A DNA stretch of 64,000 nt from contig CM075977.1 in assembly GCA_038087875.1 (NCBI GenBank), positions 166,532,001-166,596,000 on the forward strand, written 5' to 3'. Shown here piece by piece: positions 1-13,149 of this stretch (position 1 is its first letter; every line of letters starts with the position of its first letter). Source of the stretch: Malacoraja senta. Taxonomy: Eukaryota. A program made the translations under genes and the position numbers. The notes beneath the pieces are model-generated. The model saw only the letters and a program-made list of their open reading frames with translations. It did no database searches and was not told where the DNA came from.

Positions 1-429
1 GGTTCAGTATCTGGCTCATTGGCTGATGCTCCCTTTACACTCTTTAGAGCCCCATTCCCCATGTTTCCTTTAAACTCAATGGGCCTGTTCCCACACATCC
101 TTTAAATTTACTAGGGCTCAGTTTCCAGAGCTCACTTGAACAGCATCATGGCCGTGTTTCCTGTGTTCTCTTTAAATCCATTTGGGTTCAATTTTCTCAC
201 TCTATTTAAACTTAATGGGTTCACTAAGAAATGTATTATTCTTCCATGTCACACATAAAATAAACAAAGTGAATCAAAAGCATTTAGATGCTTTAATGTC
301 ATCTAATTTTACAGAAAATCTGCCAGACTGGTGCTACCAGAGTCCTATGGGTGCCAGGTGATTGAGTTTACCTGCCCCTGTTACATTTCCCCAGATCCCT
401 TCCTTCACTCCTCTCTGCATCCAGTTCCA

Positions 430-1240
430 TTTTCTGCTCAACTGACAGATCATTGATAGCCACTACAGTTGAAAGCCATTTTCCTACCTTTCATCTCTCT
501 GCCAATTTTTGTATTTTGGAAAACGACTCCATCATGCTCCTGATATTTAAGTTGAGATTATCTAGATGATAAAAACAATGGACTAAGTACAGAGCTTGTA
601 GAATCCCATTGAAAATTGTCTTCCCGTCACTAAAACACCCTCCAGTCATTAGCCTCTGCTTCTTGCCACTAAGGCAGTTTTGGATCCAAGTTCTCACTCT
701 CCCTTGGATCCTCTGCACTTTAACATTTTTTAACCAGCCTGCCAAGTGAGACATGATCAACGTTTTTCCTAAAATACATGCAAACTCTTTCCATGGCACT
801 GCCCTCATTCACCCTCCTGCTTGCTGCCTCAAAATTAAATTGTTCGACATTACTTTCCCTGAACATATCCATGTTAATTCTCTGCAATTACCTGTGTCTT
901 TCCAAACTGTCCCATGAATTGATTGTAATCATTTGTCCTCCAGTGATTTATTTACATATTTTTAGTTTAACCCTCGTTCCCTTTTCAAACATGAACACTT
1001 TCCAAACTAATGCTACCACTTCTGTAGCCAGGGAAGACAAACAATTGATGGAGACCCCACAGTTTTCTTTCTCACTTTGTTTAAAGGCCTGGGAATATAT
1101 ATAATCTATTTGTGGTTTATCATTCAAATACATAAAATCTGTTAATAGATTCACCTTTGCTATGCCTCTCTCGTCAAATTCACACTTCATTGCAATATAG
1201 ACATCATCCCATCCTTTTGTAAATGTGGCCAAAATGTATT
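430..1240 (-). mobile_element. Old degenerate CR1 LINE RT fragment
   Basis: ORF 491..808 contains IQGRVRTWIQNCLSGKKQRL and GILQ (decayed GVPQG), typical of CR1 ORF2; many stops. Confidence 0.65.
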
Positions 1241-1379
1241 AATTCTTACGATTTCTCCCACTTTCTTCAGATTAGGTGGCCATTCTATTCACACTGGCTC
1301 AAGCTATTCCTGTTTTTCCATTGACGACATGGAACAGTCATCGTCCAAGCCTATGCGGCACTTCACCAACCCTCTCCTC

Positions 1380-1730
1380 AGCAGCGCCATCGACAACTGC
1401 ATGAGTGCTGCTTCTTGAACCTGTACAGAACTTGATAGTTATTGGAATGTAGCTTTTCCTGAACCTGGTGGTGTGGGACTTCTGGCTTCTGCACCTCCTG
1501 ACTGACTGTAACAACGTGAATATGGTGAGGATCCTCGATGATAGATGCTCTCTTCTTGAGATGGCACCTCATGGAGATAATTTGGATTAAAAGAGGGCTG
1601 AGCCCAAGACAAATCTTCAGAGATGTTAAGGCCCAGGAATTTGATGCTACTAACTTTCTCCGCTGCCAACCCACTATGAATACCAGCATGTGGTCTCCTG
1701 ATTTTTGCTTTCTGAATATAACTATACAAC
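1380..1730 (-). mobile_element. Degenerate Rex1/Babar LINE 3' fragment
   Basis: Minus ORFs contain IKFLGLNISEDLSWAQ and ASIIEDPHH, resembling the Rex1 RT C-terminus. Confidence 0.65.
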
Positions 1731-1789
1731 TATACTGCCAAACAACTACAGAAAATGCAACATCTACCCTATGATCTCATCCTTAGTGC

Positions 1790-2500
1790 TCAAGCTACAG
1801 CATGGAAGCTTGCGTCTGTGCAAATTTGGAGGCTGAACTCCAATATGCCCTTGGTTTGTTCATGAAAGCATATGAAAACATGGGCCTTACACTAGACATC
1901 GGCAAGACAAAGAGCTTTCAGCAACCAGTCCCCATCCAGTATGCTGTCATTGGCAATGACATTTCATGCCAAGATCTGGAAAATGGGAACTTCTTCTCTT
2001 ATCTTGGGGCCCTGCTCTCAGTGAAGGCCATCGTAAGAGATTAAATTGATTATCACCTTCGGTGCAACATAACGGCAAATTTAAAAAAGGATGTTTGAAA
2101 ATCAAGACGTGGTCTACCAATAGCTGGTTTCACCTACAGCAGTCATACCCAGCAGTGTCTCCACAAAATCCTTTGAGTTTGTGTGAGGATGGATGAGCCA
2201 GTTGACAGTGTTTTCCCTCAGACCAGCAATCCCAGCAATGAGGACTTGATTCCATGTTGAGCAGGCAATGTTGCCCACATGCCTCGCAGCTCACCCCAAA
2301 GTGGACACTCTATTATGAACTCTATGAGGGGAGGAGATTACCAAGTAGACCAAGGAAAATAGTCAAGGATCTGCTAAAGATCTCTCTGAAAAAGATGCAA
2401 CTTGCTTACTGACTTCTGGGAATCTCTGGCCCATGCCAGTTGCCAGTGGAGAATAAGCATTTGCGATGGCTGTGAGAAACTTCAATCAATCTACCCGTGC
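1790..2500 (+). mobile_element. Degenerate RTE (BovB-like) LINE RT C-terminal fragment
   Basis: ACVCANLEAELQ...FMKAYENMGLTLDIGKTK...FSYLGALLS; downstream GRPRK-like segment. Confidence 0.7.
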
Positions 2501-3109
2501 CTTTAGCTCATCTTTCTTGCGATATATACTATCAAACATAGCAGACATTTTAAAAAGTGACTTTTGGCTATTTTTCATGTCTAATGCTCTCTCTAGTTTC
2601 TGCCTTCCAGTTTTGTATCTGCTTTTGTCCCTTCTAAATATTTGCTCAGCTTCCAAAGTCCAAAGTAAACCAGCTTGAACCCACCCTAATAGCTCCAGGC
2701 GAGTGCATGCGAGGTTCCAGCTCTGCTCAAGTGCCTATTGTCTGGCTGTACAATCCCACACTCCCTAAAACTGGTCCTAGTGGCTCAAGAATCTAAAGCC
2801 TTTCTTTCTGCACCATCTCTCCAACCACATATTCACCTTTATGTCCGCCTACAGTACTCACTGGAGGTAATCTGGAGATGACTATTTTTAACCCCTTAAC
2901 TCTCATCCTGTTTTTTTTATCTGTACTAACATAGAACATGAACTCTGGCTGCTTCTTATCTGATCATCTCTGGTGATCTCTCCTTTACAGCCTCCAACTT
3001 TATCAATCTCCAGCCCCACACTGCTTGCTTCAAACTCCTCCCCCAAATCCACAAACAGGACTGCCCTGGCAACCCATTGTTTTGGCCTGGTGCTGCCCCA
3101 CTGAACTAA

Positions 3110-3490
3110 TTTTCACATCCTATCCCCTCTTGTCCAGACATTCCCCCCTCCGGCTCCCTCCACCCACATTCCTTTCTCTGGTTTCACAATTTGCAACTCT
3201 TCAATCCTTTTGTTTCACACCTCCTATTTCTTTTTTACCTCTGGCTTTTGTTCAACCATCAGCCTATCAACCGCCTTCCCTTGCCATTATTCATCTATTA
3301 CCTGTCATGCCTTGTCCAGCCCTTGCTTTCTTCTAGCTTTCTCCCCCTCCCTCTCAACAATCAGTCTGAAGAAGGGTCCAGACCTGAAATGCCACCTATC
3401 CATGTTCTCCAGGGATGATGTCTGATCTGCTGAGTTACTTCATCACTTTGTGTCTTTTTTGTAAACCAGCACAGCAGTTCCTTGTTTTTA
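3110..3490 (+). mobile_element. Old Penelope-type terminal repeat with decayed hammerhead motif
   Basis: Pyrimidine-rich 3'UTR, then CAGT-CTGAAGA-AGGGTCCAGACCT-GAAA-TGCC at 3362-3393 and the family tail gatg..tctgatctgctgagttact. Confidence 0.7.
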
Positions 3491-5309
3491 GCTCTGGTTG
3501 ATTACCCCTTCTTCCTAGAATTTTCTCCAGTCTCTTAATGGTATCTTTCACCAAGGCATGAGGCATGAGGGTGGAAGATGACTATTCTGGATTTATGACC
3601 GTGAACACGGAACAGCTGTCTGCCCCTCAAACTGTTGAATTGTACTATTGCTCTTGGTCTCTCTCCACCCTCTCAGTCCATCACAGTCATCCATGGCTCA
3701 ATGGTCTGGCTTGTGATTGTATTCCTCAGTTTGATCCTCTCTTCCACCACTTATCAGGACAGAAAATAGGTTAGAGAGCAAGACGGCCTCAGAATTCTGC
3801 AGAACAACATGTTTGTTCTTTTATGTCTGTCTGGAGTCTACTCAGTCCTCTCTGGTTGTACTCTCTTGAGCTGCAGAGGTGACTATTTCATGAAATATCC
3901 CATTCAGAAATAATTCACCCTCCCAGATAGACTGCCATCATGAAAGCAATTGAAGCTCCAGGAACCAGTTCCCAGATTCCACCAGCTGTCGGCTATTCCC
4001 ACAAAACTGGTTGTCCAGGTCACTGGGAACAGTCTGGAGTTCCATTTGGAGTATGTGTGATCATCTGATGCCTTGCCATGCCTCTATAGATTAAAGTAAC
4101 TCACTTAACAGATAAAAGCTTGAGACACTCTTACTACTGAATTAATTACTTCTTTACGCTTCAATCTGTTTAAACACAATGCTTACTTAAACCCATCAAG
4201 CATTTGTTTCCTTTCTCCATTGAAACTCACCAGTCCTTATTTCTCATGCTCTTTTTAAACCCATCAAACCTGTATCAAATCCAGATTCAGTACAACCCTG
4301 GTCCTTGAAGGGTAAGTTGAAATGCAACTCTTGTGAACAACTTGACAACAGCAGTTCAGTAGACAGAACAGATTTGAACAAAGATTTGTGGCCGATGACT
4401 TCCATGGTTAGTGTTGGTCAATTCTGTCTGAGTGGCTGTGGGAATAACTCTGGCTGCATTCCTTTCAGTTTTACAGCTTGGTTTTAAAGTTTAACTCAAA
4501 ACATCACCTATCCATGTTCTCCAGAGATGCTCTGATATGCTGTTACTCCAGCACTCTGTGTCTTTTTTCCCCCCAAGAGATTTCATGGCTTTACTCGGTG
4601 AAGTGCTGGAGAGTTCTGAGTACAATATTTATTTCTTAACTAATGCTAATGCAGATTGAACTGCTATCTATGACTCTATGCTGAATCTGGATCTTTTTAA
4701 AAACAATGCTTCAGTACGATGTGTGACTATATTACTAAATGACATGATTAGTTGTGAAGTATTTTGGGAGATCCTGAGAATGTGACAACTGCAAGTTCAT
4801 ACTAAGCAATTCAGAAAATGATTGATGAAGGGTTACATGAACCTCTGAAACACATCAGAGTTGAAGTTTAGAAGTCAATACAGATTAGTTCACTTTAGTA
4901 AGCATGGATGACAGATACAACAGCATTTGATCCTCTTCATTTTGAATGCCAACAATGCGAAGGAAAGGCATCAGTTCAAATATACAAGAATTATATTTTG
5001 TGACAGATATTTATCTGACAGGTAGTGACCAACGCAATGCAGCAGTATCAAAAGGTCACACAGTGAATTTCATATAATTTTTTTAGTCAGCAGTTAGAAC
5101 CGAGTTGAAAATAACCCGCACATCCCGCATCTTTATTTTTCATGGAGATGACCAACAGTGACACAGCCAGTATTTATTGCCCACCTCTGGATGTCCACGA
5201 GCTGCGTGAGTCACTGAGCCATTACAAAGTCAATCTCATTGTTGCGTGCCTGGAGTTACCAAAAACCAGGTGGAATGAGGACGGCAATTCCTTTTCCAAT
5301 CGTGGACCA

Positions 5310-5740
5310 GAATAGGATTATAGTTGGAGGGAATCTTTACTTCCCCAATGTGGACTGAAAATGGGTTAGTACAAGAAGTTTAGATATAGAGGAATTTACT
5401 AAATGAATTTAGGATAGTTTTTTGAGCCAATACATGGAGAGCTCTAGGAGAGAAGGGGCTCTACTAGATTTAAATGTGGGAAATAAAGCTGGAAAAGTGG
5501 CGGAAGTGCTAGTGTGTGAGCATTTTGGGAACAGTGATCATGATTCTATTTGTCTTCAGGTAGTTATGGAAAAGCATGAGGATGATCTGCAAGTGGTGAA
5601 TTGAGGAAGAGCCAATTTCAATCACATTAGGCAGGACTTGACTAAAGTAGAATGCTGAGGAATTGATAAAGGGAAAAATGACCTGCATCTGACCAGCAGA
5701 GGAACTGTTAAATGCAGAGCCCAGAGAAGAATACTGAACA
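5310..5740 (+). mobile_element. CR1 endonuclease fragment
   Basis: REGALLDL...EHFGNSDHDSI. Confidence 0.75.
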
Positions 5741-5744
5741 TGTA

Positions 5745-7480
5745 GGACAGTCACAGATACAGCACAGAAGCAGGGTCTTTGGTCCAATTCATCCATGCTG
5801 ACCAAGTTGCCAAACTGAGCTTGTCCTACTTGCCTGCTCCTGAAGCATATCCATCCAAATCTCTTCTATCCATGTACCTCTCAAAGTATCCTTTAAATGT
5901 TATAATCGTATCTACATCCAGCAATCACTCTGGCAGCTCATTCCATGGATGCACCACTCTCAGTGAAAATGTTGCCCCTCAGGTACTTTTTAAATCTTTC
6001 TCATCTCAAACCTATGCTCTCTAGTATTATAATCTCCTATCCCAGAGAAAATACTATGGCTGTACTGTGGCCTATGTGATCCTCGTAATTGTATGTACCT
6101 CTATGTCTCCCCTCAACCTCCTATGTTTCAGGGAAATAAGACCCAATTTATCCAGCCTCTCCTTATCTCAGAAACACCCGACCTAGTAAAATCCCCATGA
6201 ATGTCACTGCACTCTTTCCAGTTTAATGACATCTTTCCTATACCAGTGTTACCAGAACTGTGCACAATATTCCAAATGTGGCCCTGCCAACATTTTGTAC
6301 AGTTACAACATGATGTCCTAACTCTTGTACTCAGTACAATGACCAATAAATGCAAGCACGCCAAATGCCTTCTTCACAACACCTGTCCAGCTGTGCTGCT
6401 ACCTTCATTAAATTATGTACCTGCACCTACAGTCTCTCTGATCTACAACATTCCCCACACCATTTACTGTGTATTTGGTTGTTCTACCAAAATGTAACAC
6501 CTTGCATTTATCTGGATAAAACTCCATTGCCATTCCTTGACCAATTGACAGTTAATCAAGATCCTGTTGTAATATAACCTTCTGCACTGTCACTACACCA
6601 CCAATATTCTTGTCATCTGCAAAATTACTAACCATGCCACCTAAATTCACATTCAACTTGTTAATATAAAAAACGAACAACAAAGGGCCCAGCACTGATT
6701 CTTGTGATATACCACTTGTTACAGGCCTCCAGTGTGAAAACAAACCATCTAACACCACCCATTGTTTGCTACTTTCAAGCCAACTTTGTATCCGATTGGC
6801 TAGCTCACTTGTGACCTCGTGTGATCTTACATTTCAGACTAGCCTACCATGAGGAACCTTGCCAAAGGCCTTGCTAAAGTCCATGTAGACAACATCTATC
6901 ACAATGCCCCTATCAAACTTCCATGTTGACTATTCTGAATTGTCTGTCCAAACAGTCATGCAAACTATCCCTCAGCATTTTCTTCATTCATTTCCCTACC
7001 ACTGGCATAAGGCTCAATGGCCTGCTATCCTTCTTCCATGAAGGAACAGACAATGTACCAGAAGATTGGAGGATGGCTAATCCTCCAATCTTCTGGTACA
7101 TTGTCTGTTGCTGACAAAGATTCAATAATCTTCACCAAGACCCCTTATCTTGCTTCCCATAGCAATCCGGGATAGATCATATCTGGCCCTGCAGACTTAT
7201 CATCTCTTATGCATCTTATAACATACAACACCTCTTCCATCTTAATACTGCCTTTTACTAGATTATCCATGCACCCTTACCTGAACTCACTTTCTACCTG
7301 GACCTTCTTTGTGGTGAACACAGATGATAAGTATTTCTTTCGGATCTTAGCCACTTTGCCTCTCTCCGCATGTAGATTATCCCTTTGGTCCCTGGGTCGA
7401 CCCACACTTTCCCTGAAACAGATAGAATTTCATGGGATTCTCCTTAATCTTACTTGACAAGGATATTTCATGGCTCCCTG
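5745..7480 (-). mobile_element. CR1 LINE, 5'-truncated and degenerate, with 3' tail
   Basis: WRPVTSGISQESVLGPLLF...NFADD; 3' UTR near 5750-5850. Confidence 0.85.
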
Positions 7481-8477
7481 TGGCAAAGTATTTCATGTTC
7501 TGATTACCCCCTGTATGGAGATATTTTGACTGTGATGACCTTTATCTTATTATCAATAACCTTTTAAATTACCTCTACAATTGTCAAAAAAATAACATTA
7601 CAATGATGAAGAGGCTCAGAGCAGCAAAAAGAACAACTGTGACAATATGATAAATGGCAACAGTCTGTTTGAATTAGACAGCGACACACCAGAACATAAT
7701 GATGCCATTTCTCCTTTTAGATGGCCTTGATCCCACTTTAGTGCCCAGATATGATGAGAATTTACATCTTTAAAAGATGCACATGTGAAGCAAGTTAGTG
7801 AGATCTCCTTCAAATCCACAATGTTGGAGAAACATCTGGAGGATATTCCAAGATGGTTGTTTCCTTTAAGTTTATAAAAAGCACAGTTTTTCTGAAACAG
7901 TTTTTAGTTAACTAATTTCATAACCATTGCCCCTATTTCACAGCTCAGAGTTGCAGGCAATGATTCTACTATTCTCGCCTCCTCTAGACTTACACTTTGT
8001 TTCTTTCAGATTTAGATGACTCTGAGATCACTGGCAATTTTTCTTTAAATTCCGAAACATTCTGCATCATTTTTCTTGTTTTTAAAGTACACTCTGAATA
8101 CTAAAAGTAGTCTTTGCATGCCATAGATGTGTGATGGTGAATCCATCCTCATCAGTTGTGCTCCAGATGCTGTTGCAGAAGGCCTGGTCAAGACCCTCTG
8201 TCTTGTTCCCATAGCAACCCAGGACATATCTTATCTGGCCTTTGCTTATCAGGCCTGACACATGTTCATTCCCAAGTGCCAACAAACTTATTCATTCAAC
8301 ATTCATTCATTCACTTGGAAATGAGTAACGTCTGTCAGTCTTAACCTATTCGCTTTACACTTAATGAGCGATGGCAAAATAGTTTCAGAAGGTATTGCTG
8401 CTCTGCGATCAGTTTTATTTTTCATTATCTATATTTGCATGGCCACAGGGAAAGGGCTCTTGGATTGAACTAGAGAT

Positions 8478-9520
8478 TGTCACAGTGCCTGCTGATCTCC
8501 CCAATGACCATTGAGGGTAGCATAGACTGTGTGTCTTTTGTTCAGTTATGTTTAAGTATTTTCACCTGTGTTATTATCATTTGTGTTACCTATAGGTGTT
8601 GATGTTCATCTCTGCCTTTGTCCTTGATCAGTCTTGGATTTTCTCTTGCTGAGCCTTGTAGTCTTGTTTATTACGATTCTTAGTAAAAGCCTTTCTGAGT
8701 TTAACTTACTCCTAATTCCTGTGTGTTCTCTGTGCTTGGGTCTATTTGTCTCTTGATATTGTTACAGCAAGACTGGGTCAAACAGTCAGACTGACTCAGC
8801 ATAGATTAACCATCTGCTCTGGCTTACCCAAGGTGCCATGATTAGGAGGCATGAATATCTACTTGACATTCTCCACAATCAGCAGAACCAGTCACAGGTG
8901 AATTCAACACCAGCTGCTGCTTCTATGAGAATACTTGACCACCATATCTGTTCCCCATCCCAGCAGAGCCCCCACCTACCTCCACTGGAGCATTACATTG
9001 GCCAACCTGCATGTACTATTTAGTGCTTCATTGATTCTTCCCATATTTTGAGTCCCTTCAGTACCTGGTGGAACGGGAGGGGTATAGTCCAGATGAGCAC
9101 TTGTGGGTCCCAGTTTGAGATGTCCTGGACCCTAATCTTGCCAGAGACTTTCACCAGCACCACCCAGAGAACGCGGGTGAGGGGTGGTCCTGTCACTGCC
9201 TGCCCATCCCTCTGCTGACCACCAAGGCTGGCATAGACTGTTGTCTTTTGTTCAATTATGTTTGGGTATTTCCACATGTGTGTTGTTATCATGTGTGTTA
9301 CCTATCGAGTTCCCTATTTAAATGCTGATGTTTGACTGTCTTTGCTCAGTCTTGGATTATCTCATGCTGAGCCTTGTGCTCTTGCTGTTCAGGGTATTTT
9401 TCATGTTGAGGGTTGTACTCTTGTTTATCATGATTTTAGTAAAATCCTTGGAGTTTAATTTACTCCTAACTCCTGTGTCTTCTCTGTACATGAGTCTACT
9501 ACCCTCTCGATATTGTTAGA
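8478..9520 (+). mobile_element. Internally deleted Gypsy/chromovirus (sushi-like) LTR element
   Basis: Direct LTRs 8478-8766 (TGTCAC...TGTTACA) and 9191-9520 (TGTCAC...TGTTAGA); gag-like start QGAMIRRHEYLL; chromodomain [31 protein letters not shown]; purine tract GAGGGGTGG before the 3' LTR. Confidence 0.8.
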
Positions 9521-10227
9521 TATGTGCTTTGGTGTATACATGATGGGTTGAGTGACTATCTCTTGTGCAACATCAGTTCTATGATTTAAAAAAAAACTAC
9601 TGGGAGAAACAGATTGCACACTGGATTCATAACCGATGATTAAAATAACACTATCAAGGGAACTATTCTTTCTACATCAGCATTGAGCTGCAGAAGCTCC
9701 ACGACATGACTGATGACCTTCCACTGCAGATCTTTATTGGTCAGATGCAAGTTAATTGTGAAATTTTAAACTAAAGCATTTTTGCTGATGTAACATGTCT
9801 TCAGGCTGCATATTTTGCTGAGAGGGTTTCATAATCAACCGATTCTCAAGTAGCTGAACGTTTTTTTGTCTGCTTTCACTGATGGAAAATTATGTTATAA
9901 GTGTTCATGAGAATTTAATTGTGATTCCGATTCCATTTGGGATGTCAATAATCTCAATTGCTACTTTCAAATTTATATCATGGATTGGCATCTTCTGAAA
10001 ATAACAAACAGCTGCCAGGCTGGACTTGATCATCTCTGTGTGGATGTTCTTGAGTGGCAAAGCAACTGACCTGATGCACAGTTTGGTTGTAAATCCAATG
10101 GACAGGTTTTGTTTCTCCGTAGTTTGAAGAGTTTTTCTCCATTTATTTACATTAGTTGTTGGAGATGCTTCAAGAATCTGTTGATGAATCTACTGGGGAA
10201 TTGACAAAGAATTTCAAAAAGCATTCT

Positions 10228-10710
10228 AGCATGGAAACAGGTTATTTGGCTCATTAAATCTGTACTGACCATCCTTCAGTCCTTCACACTAATTCAGTCT
10301 GATGAAGGGTCTCGACCCAAAACGTCACCCATTCCTTCGCTCCAGAGATGCTGCCTGACCCGCTGAGCTACTCCACCATTTTGGGTCTACCTTCTATTTA
10401 AACCAGCATCTGCAGTTCTTTCCCACACGGCAGTCCTTCACACTAATCCTACAAAGTCCAATTTTGATTCTTCTCACATTCTCTTCAACTCTCCCTAGAT
10501 TCTACTGATCGCCTAAGCACCAAGGGCAATTTACAGCTGCCAATTAGCCGACAACCAGTATGTTTTTGGGATGCGGGAGAAAGTTGGAACACCTGGGGAA
10601 TTCCATATAGTCACAGGTAGAACATGCAAACTCTACACAGACAGCATTCAAGGCCAGGATTGAACCTGGGTATTTGGTGTTGTGAAGCAACTGCTCTATT
10701 AGCTGTGCTA
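10228..10710 (-). mobile_element. Old tRNA-derived SINE (HE1/V-SINE-like), interrupted
   Basis: Minus-strand B-box GGTTCAATCC, core GAGTTTGCATGTTCT, CR1-like tail; interrupted at 10294-10430. Confidence 0.8.
10294..10430 (+). mobile_element. Solo Penelope-type repeat with hammerhead motif, 17-bp TSD
   Basis: CTGATGA-AGGGTCTCGACCC-AAAA-CGTC at 10299-10326; flanked by cagtccttcacactaat at 10277-10293 and 10431-10447. Confidence 0.85.
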
Positions 10711-11602
10711 TGGTAAAGCGATACAACTGCTCATTACCTTTTCATTTAGATGAAAGATACATTTAGTTGCACAGAGCAGAGCAAGTTTGATTCTGCCCAG
10801 CAACCAATCTTTTCCTGCAGAAGATATTCTTTCATCTCTATTGCTCATTGTCACTGGGCTGTGCCATTTGAGAGTTGATCCAACTGATCCAAACATCCTT
10901 ATTATCTGCTCAGGTGGTCAATAGCTTGAGTTTTAAGCTGTTTTAATTTAATTTGACATTAGGTTGTGCTCTCAATTTATTTATTTCAATTAAATAGTGA
11001 AAGTAACATCACAGACCAGTACCCAATGACTTTTGTAACACTTGAGTTAGGCAGGAGACATGGTAATGCACGCACACACATTGTAATGTTTATCAGAAAT
11101 CAATACTCTCAGTCATTTAATTCTCCACAGGTTCAACTGTTAATTATCTAAGGATAATACAAATCAATTTGAAATAAGAGCAAAAGATGTCAGAATTAGT
11201 CAGCAGGTCAGGCAGCATCAATGTGAAGAGAAACAGAGTCAACATGTGCAGTTAATCAATTACTTCCCAACAAACCTCTGTGCCATTTCCCTGTGGAATT
11301 CCTTTCATCAAAAAGGGTCAGCAACCAGATTATATTCCATGTGCAACAGATTCATCAGAAAAAAAAAATCAAATTTCTCCAATAATTTCCACAGATGAAT
11401 ATGGAATAAAGCCAGTAAAAAATATAGTCTGGTTCCACATTCATCATCGCTTCCAACTGGACAACTAAAAAAGTGTTTGTTTTTGACATTTTGATTATGA
11501 CTTCAGAAGTCTCAGGATATTCAGATGCCATTTTGTGAGACTGAAATCAGTGAACACAGGTCAATCTCACACATTTTTTGAAGAAGTGATGAAGAAGATT
11601 GA

Positions 11603-11720
11603 TTTCGGCCCGAAAGGTTGCCTATTTCCTTTGCTCCATAGATGCTGCTGCACCCGCTGAGTTTCTCCAGCATTTTTGTGTACCTTCGATTTTCCAGCAT
11701 CTGCAGTTCCTTCTTAAACA
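11603..11720 (+). mobile_element. Young solo Penelope-type repeat, 5' part of hammerhead lost
   Basis: tttcggcccgaaaggttgcctatttcc...gatgctgctgcacccgctgagtttctccagc; near-identical to the end of the Penelope at 42181-42249. Confidence 0.8.
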
Positions 11721-12284
11721 AGGTTGATGAGTTGTTGTCTGCAGAGACATCTTGGATGGGTTGGGCTGAATGGCTTGTATCTGTGCTGTTTGACTCTCTG
11801 GTTTACTTTGAACTTGTGTGGTATGGTGCTCCGATAGAATTCTGATCAATTGAAAACCATGTAAAAATGATTCTTTTCCAAGTGTCCTTATTTGTGACAA
11901 CTGCAAGATTATTTGAGTCTCAGTTTACATGCATAATTTCTACTGTCTACTAATCCTCTGCACTTTTTGGAGGTTTACTGTTTCCAGCCCACCTAGTGAA
12001 AAATGAGAACACCCATGACTTTGCCTTGAGTGTTTATGTTGTGGACTATGACTTTCCCTATATCAGCAGAAATAGATGTTCATCTCCCTTCTAAAAATTC
12101 TATCGAAAATAAAATATAACAGCTGCTATAGGGAAAGTTATACTCCATAGTAACCAGCTCTTAAACAATCACACAACGAGCAGTGAATGCGATTTGAATT
12201 TGTTTTACAGTTCTAATTTATTTTGTTTTATTTTCTGTGGATTCATGCACAGAAAATAATGAGCAACAATTTTAGAGCTGACTG

Positions 12285-12587
12285 AACAGTGGCACAGTGG
12301 TAGAGTTGCTGCCTCACAGCGCCAGAGACCCAATTTCGAGCCTGACTACGGGTGCTGTCTCTATGGAGGTTGTATGTTCTCCCTGTGACTGCATGGGTTT
12401 TCTCTGGATGCTCTGGTTTCCTCCCACACTCCATAGACGTGTAGGTTTGTGGGGTTGATCAGCTTCCGTAAATTGTAAATTTTCCCTTGTGCGTAGGATA
12501 GTGCTAGTGTATGGGGTGACTGCTGGTCGGTGCAGGCTCAGTGGGCCGATGGGCCTCTTTCCGCCCTGTATCTCTAAAGTCTAAAGA
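12285..12587 (+). mobile_element. tRNA-derived SINE (HE1-like)
   Basis: A-box TGGCACAGTGG, decayed B-box, V-SINE-like core, CR1-type tail gggccgatgggcct...tctctaaag. Confidence 0.85.
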
Positions 12588-13149
12588 AAGTGCAGGACAT
12601 TAGCAGAAAGTAACAATTAAAGAGCAATAAATTTAGAGCTGGATTATCTAAGACTGACTTGGGATAATGAAAGATCTGTGGTTTTCTAATCATGAGAGGT
12701 TATTGGATGTGAATGTGTTCTTCAGTCACTATGACCAAAGAAACCAATTCAATTACTTGTATTAATAGAAAACACAGCAGTTTGATCCAAATAAACTTTT
12801 ATCAGTGGTGTTCAAGGTATTTTTGCAGGCTAAACAAAAGGTATTGACACAACTGGAAGTCAATGCAGTCGGTGAGCAGAGTTAGTATTTGAGCTTTTAA
12901 TGTTTGTCCAGGATGATAGTCCAAAGGTGTTGGAACCGTGGCTGGGAGGAGGGAGCTCATCATTTAGGAAGACTGCCTCTTGCCTCATATCCAGCACCCT
13001 TGGGTTAAAAATACAAAGTTTCTGAGCGGTGTTTTCACCTGGACTGAGTAAGTAAAAGCGTAACCATGTCACCAGAACCAGTCATTTCATGAGATATTAG
13101 ATGTTTTGGAGAAAATCCAGAAAGCTCCCAGGTCTGCCTGTTACCCCAT

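Noticed and set aside
1-230. Weak ~35-bp periodicity (tttaaa...ggg)
   Set aside because: Too degenerate and cut by the window edge to define
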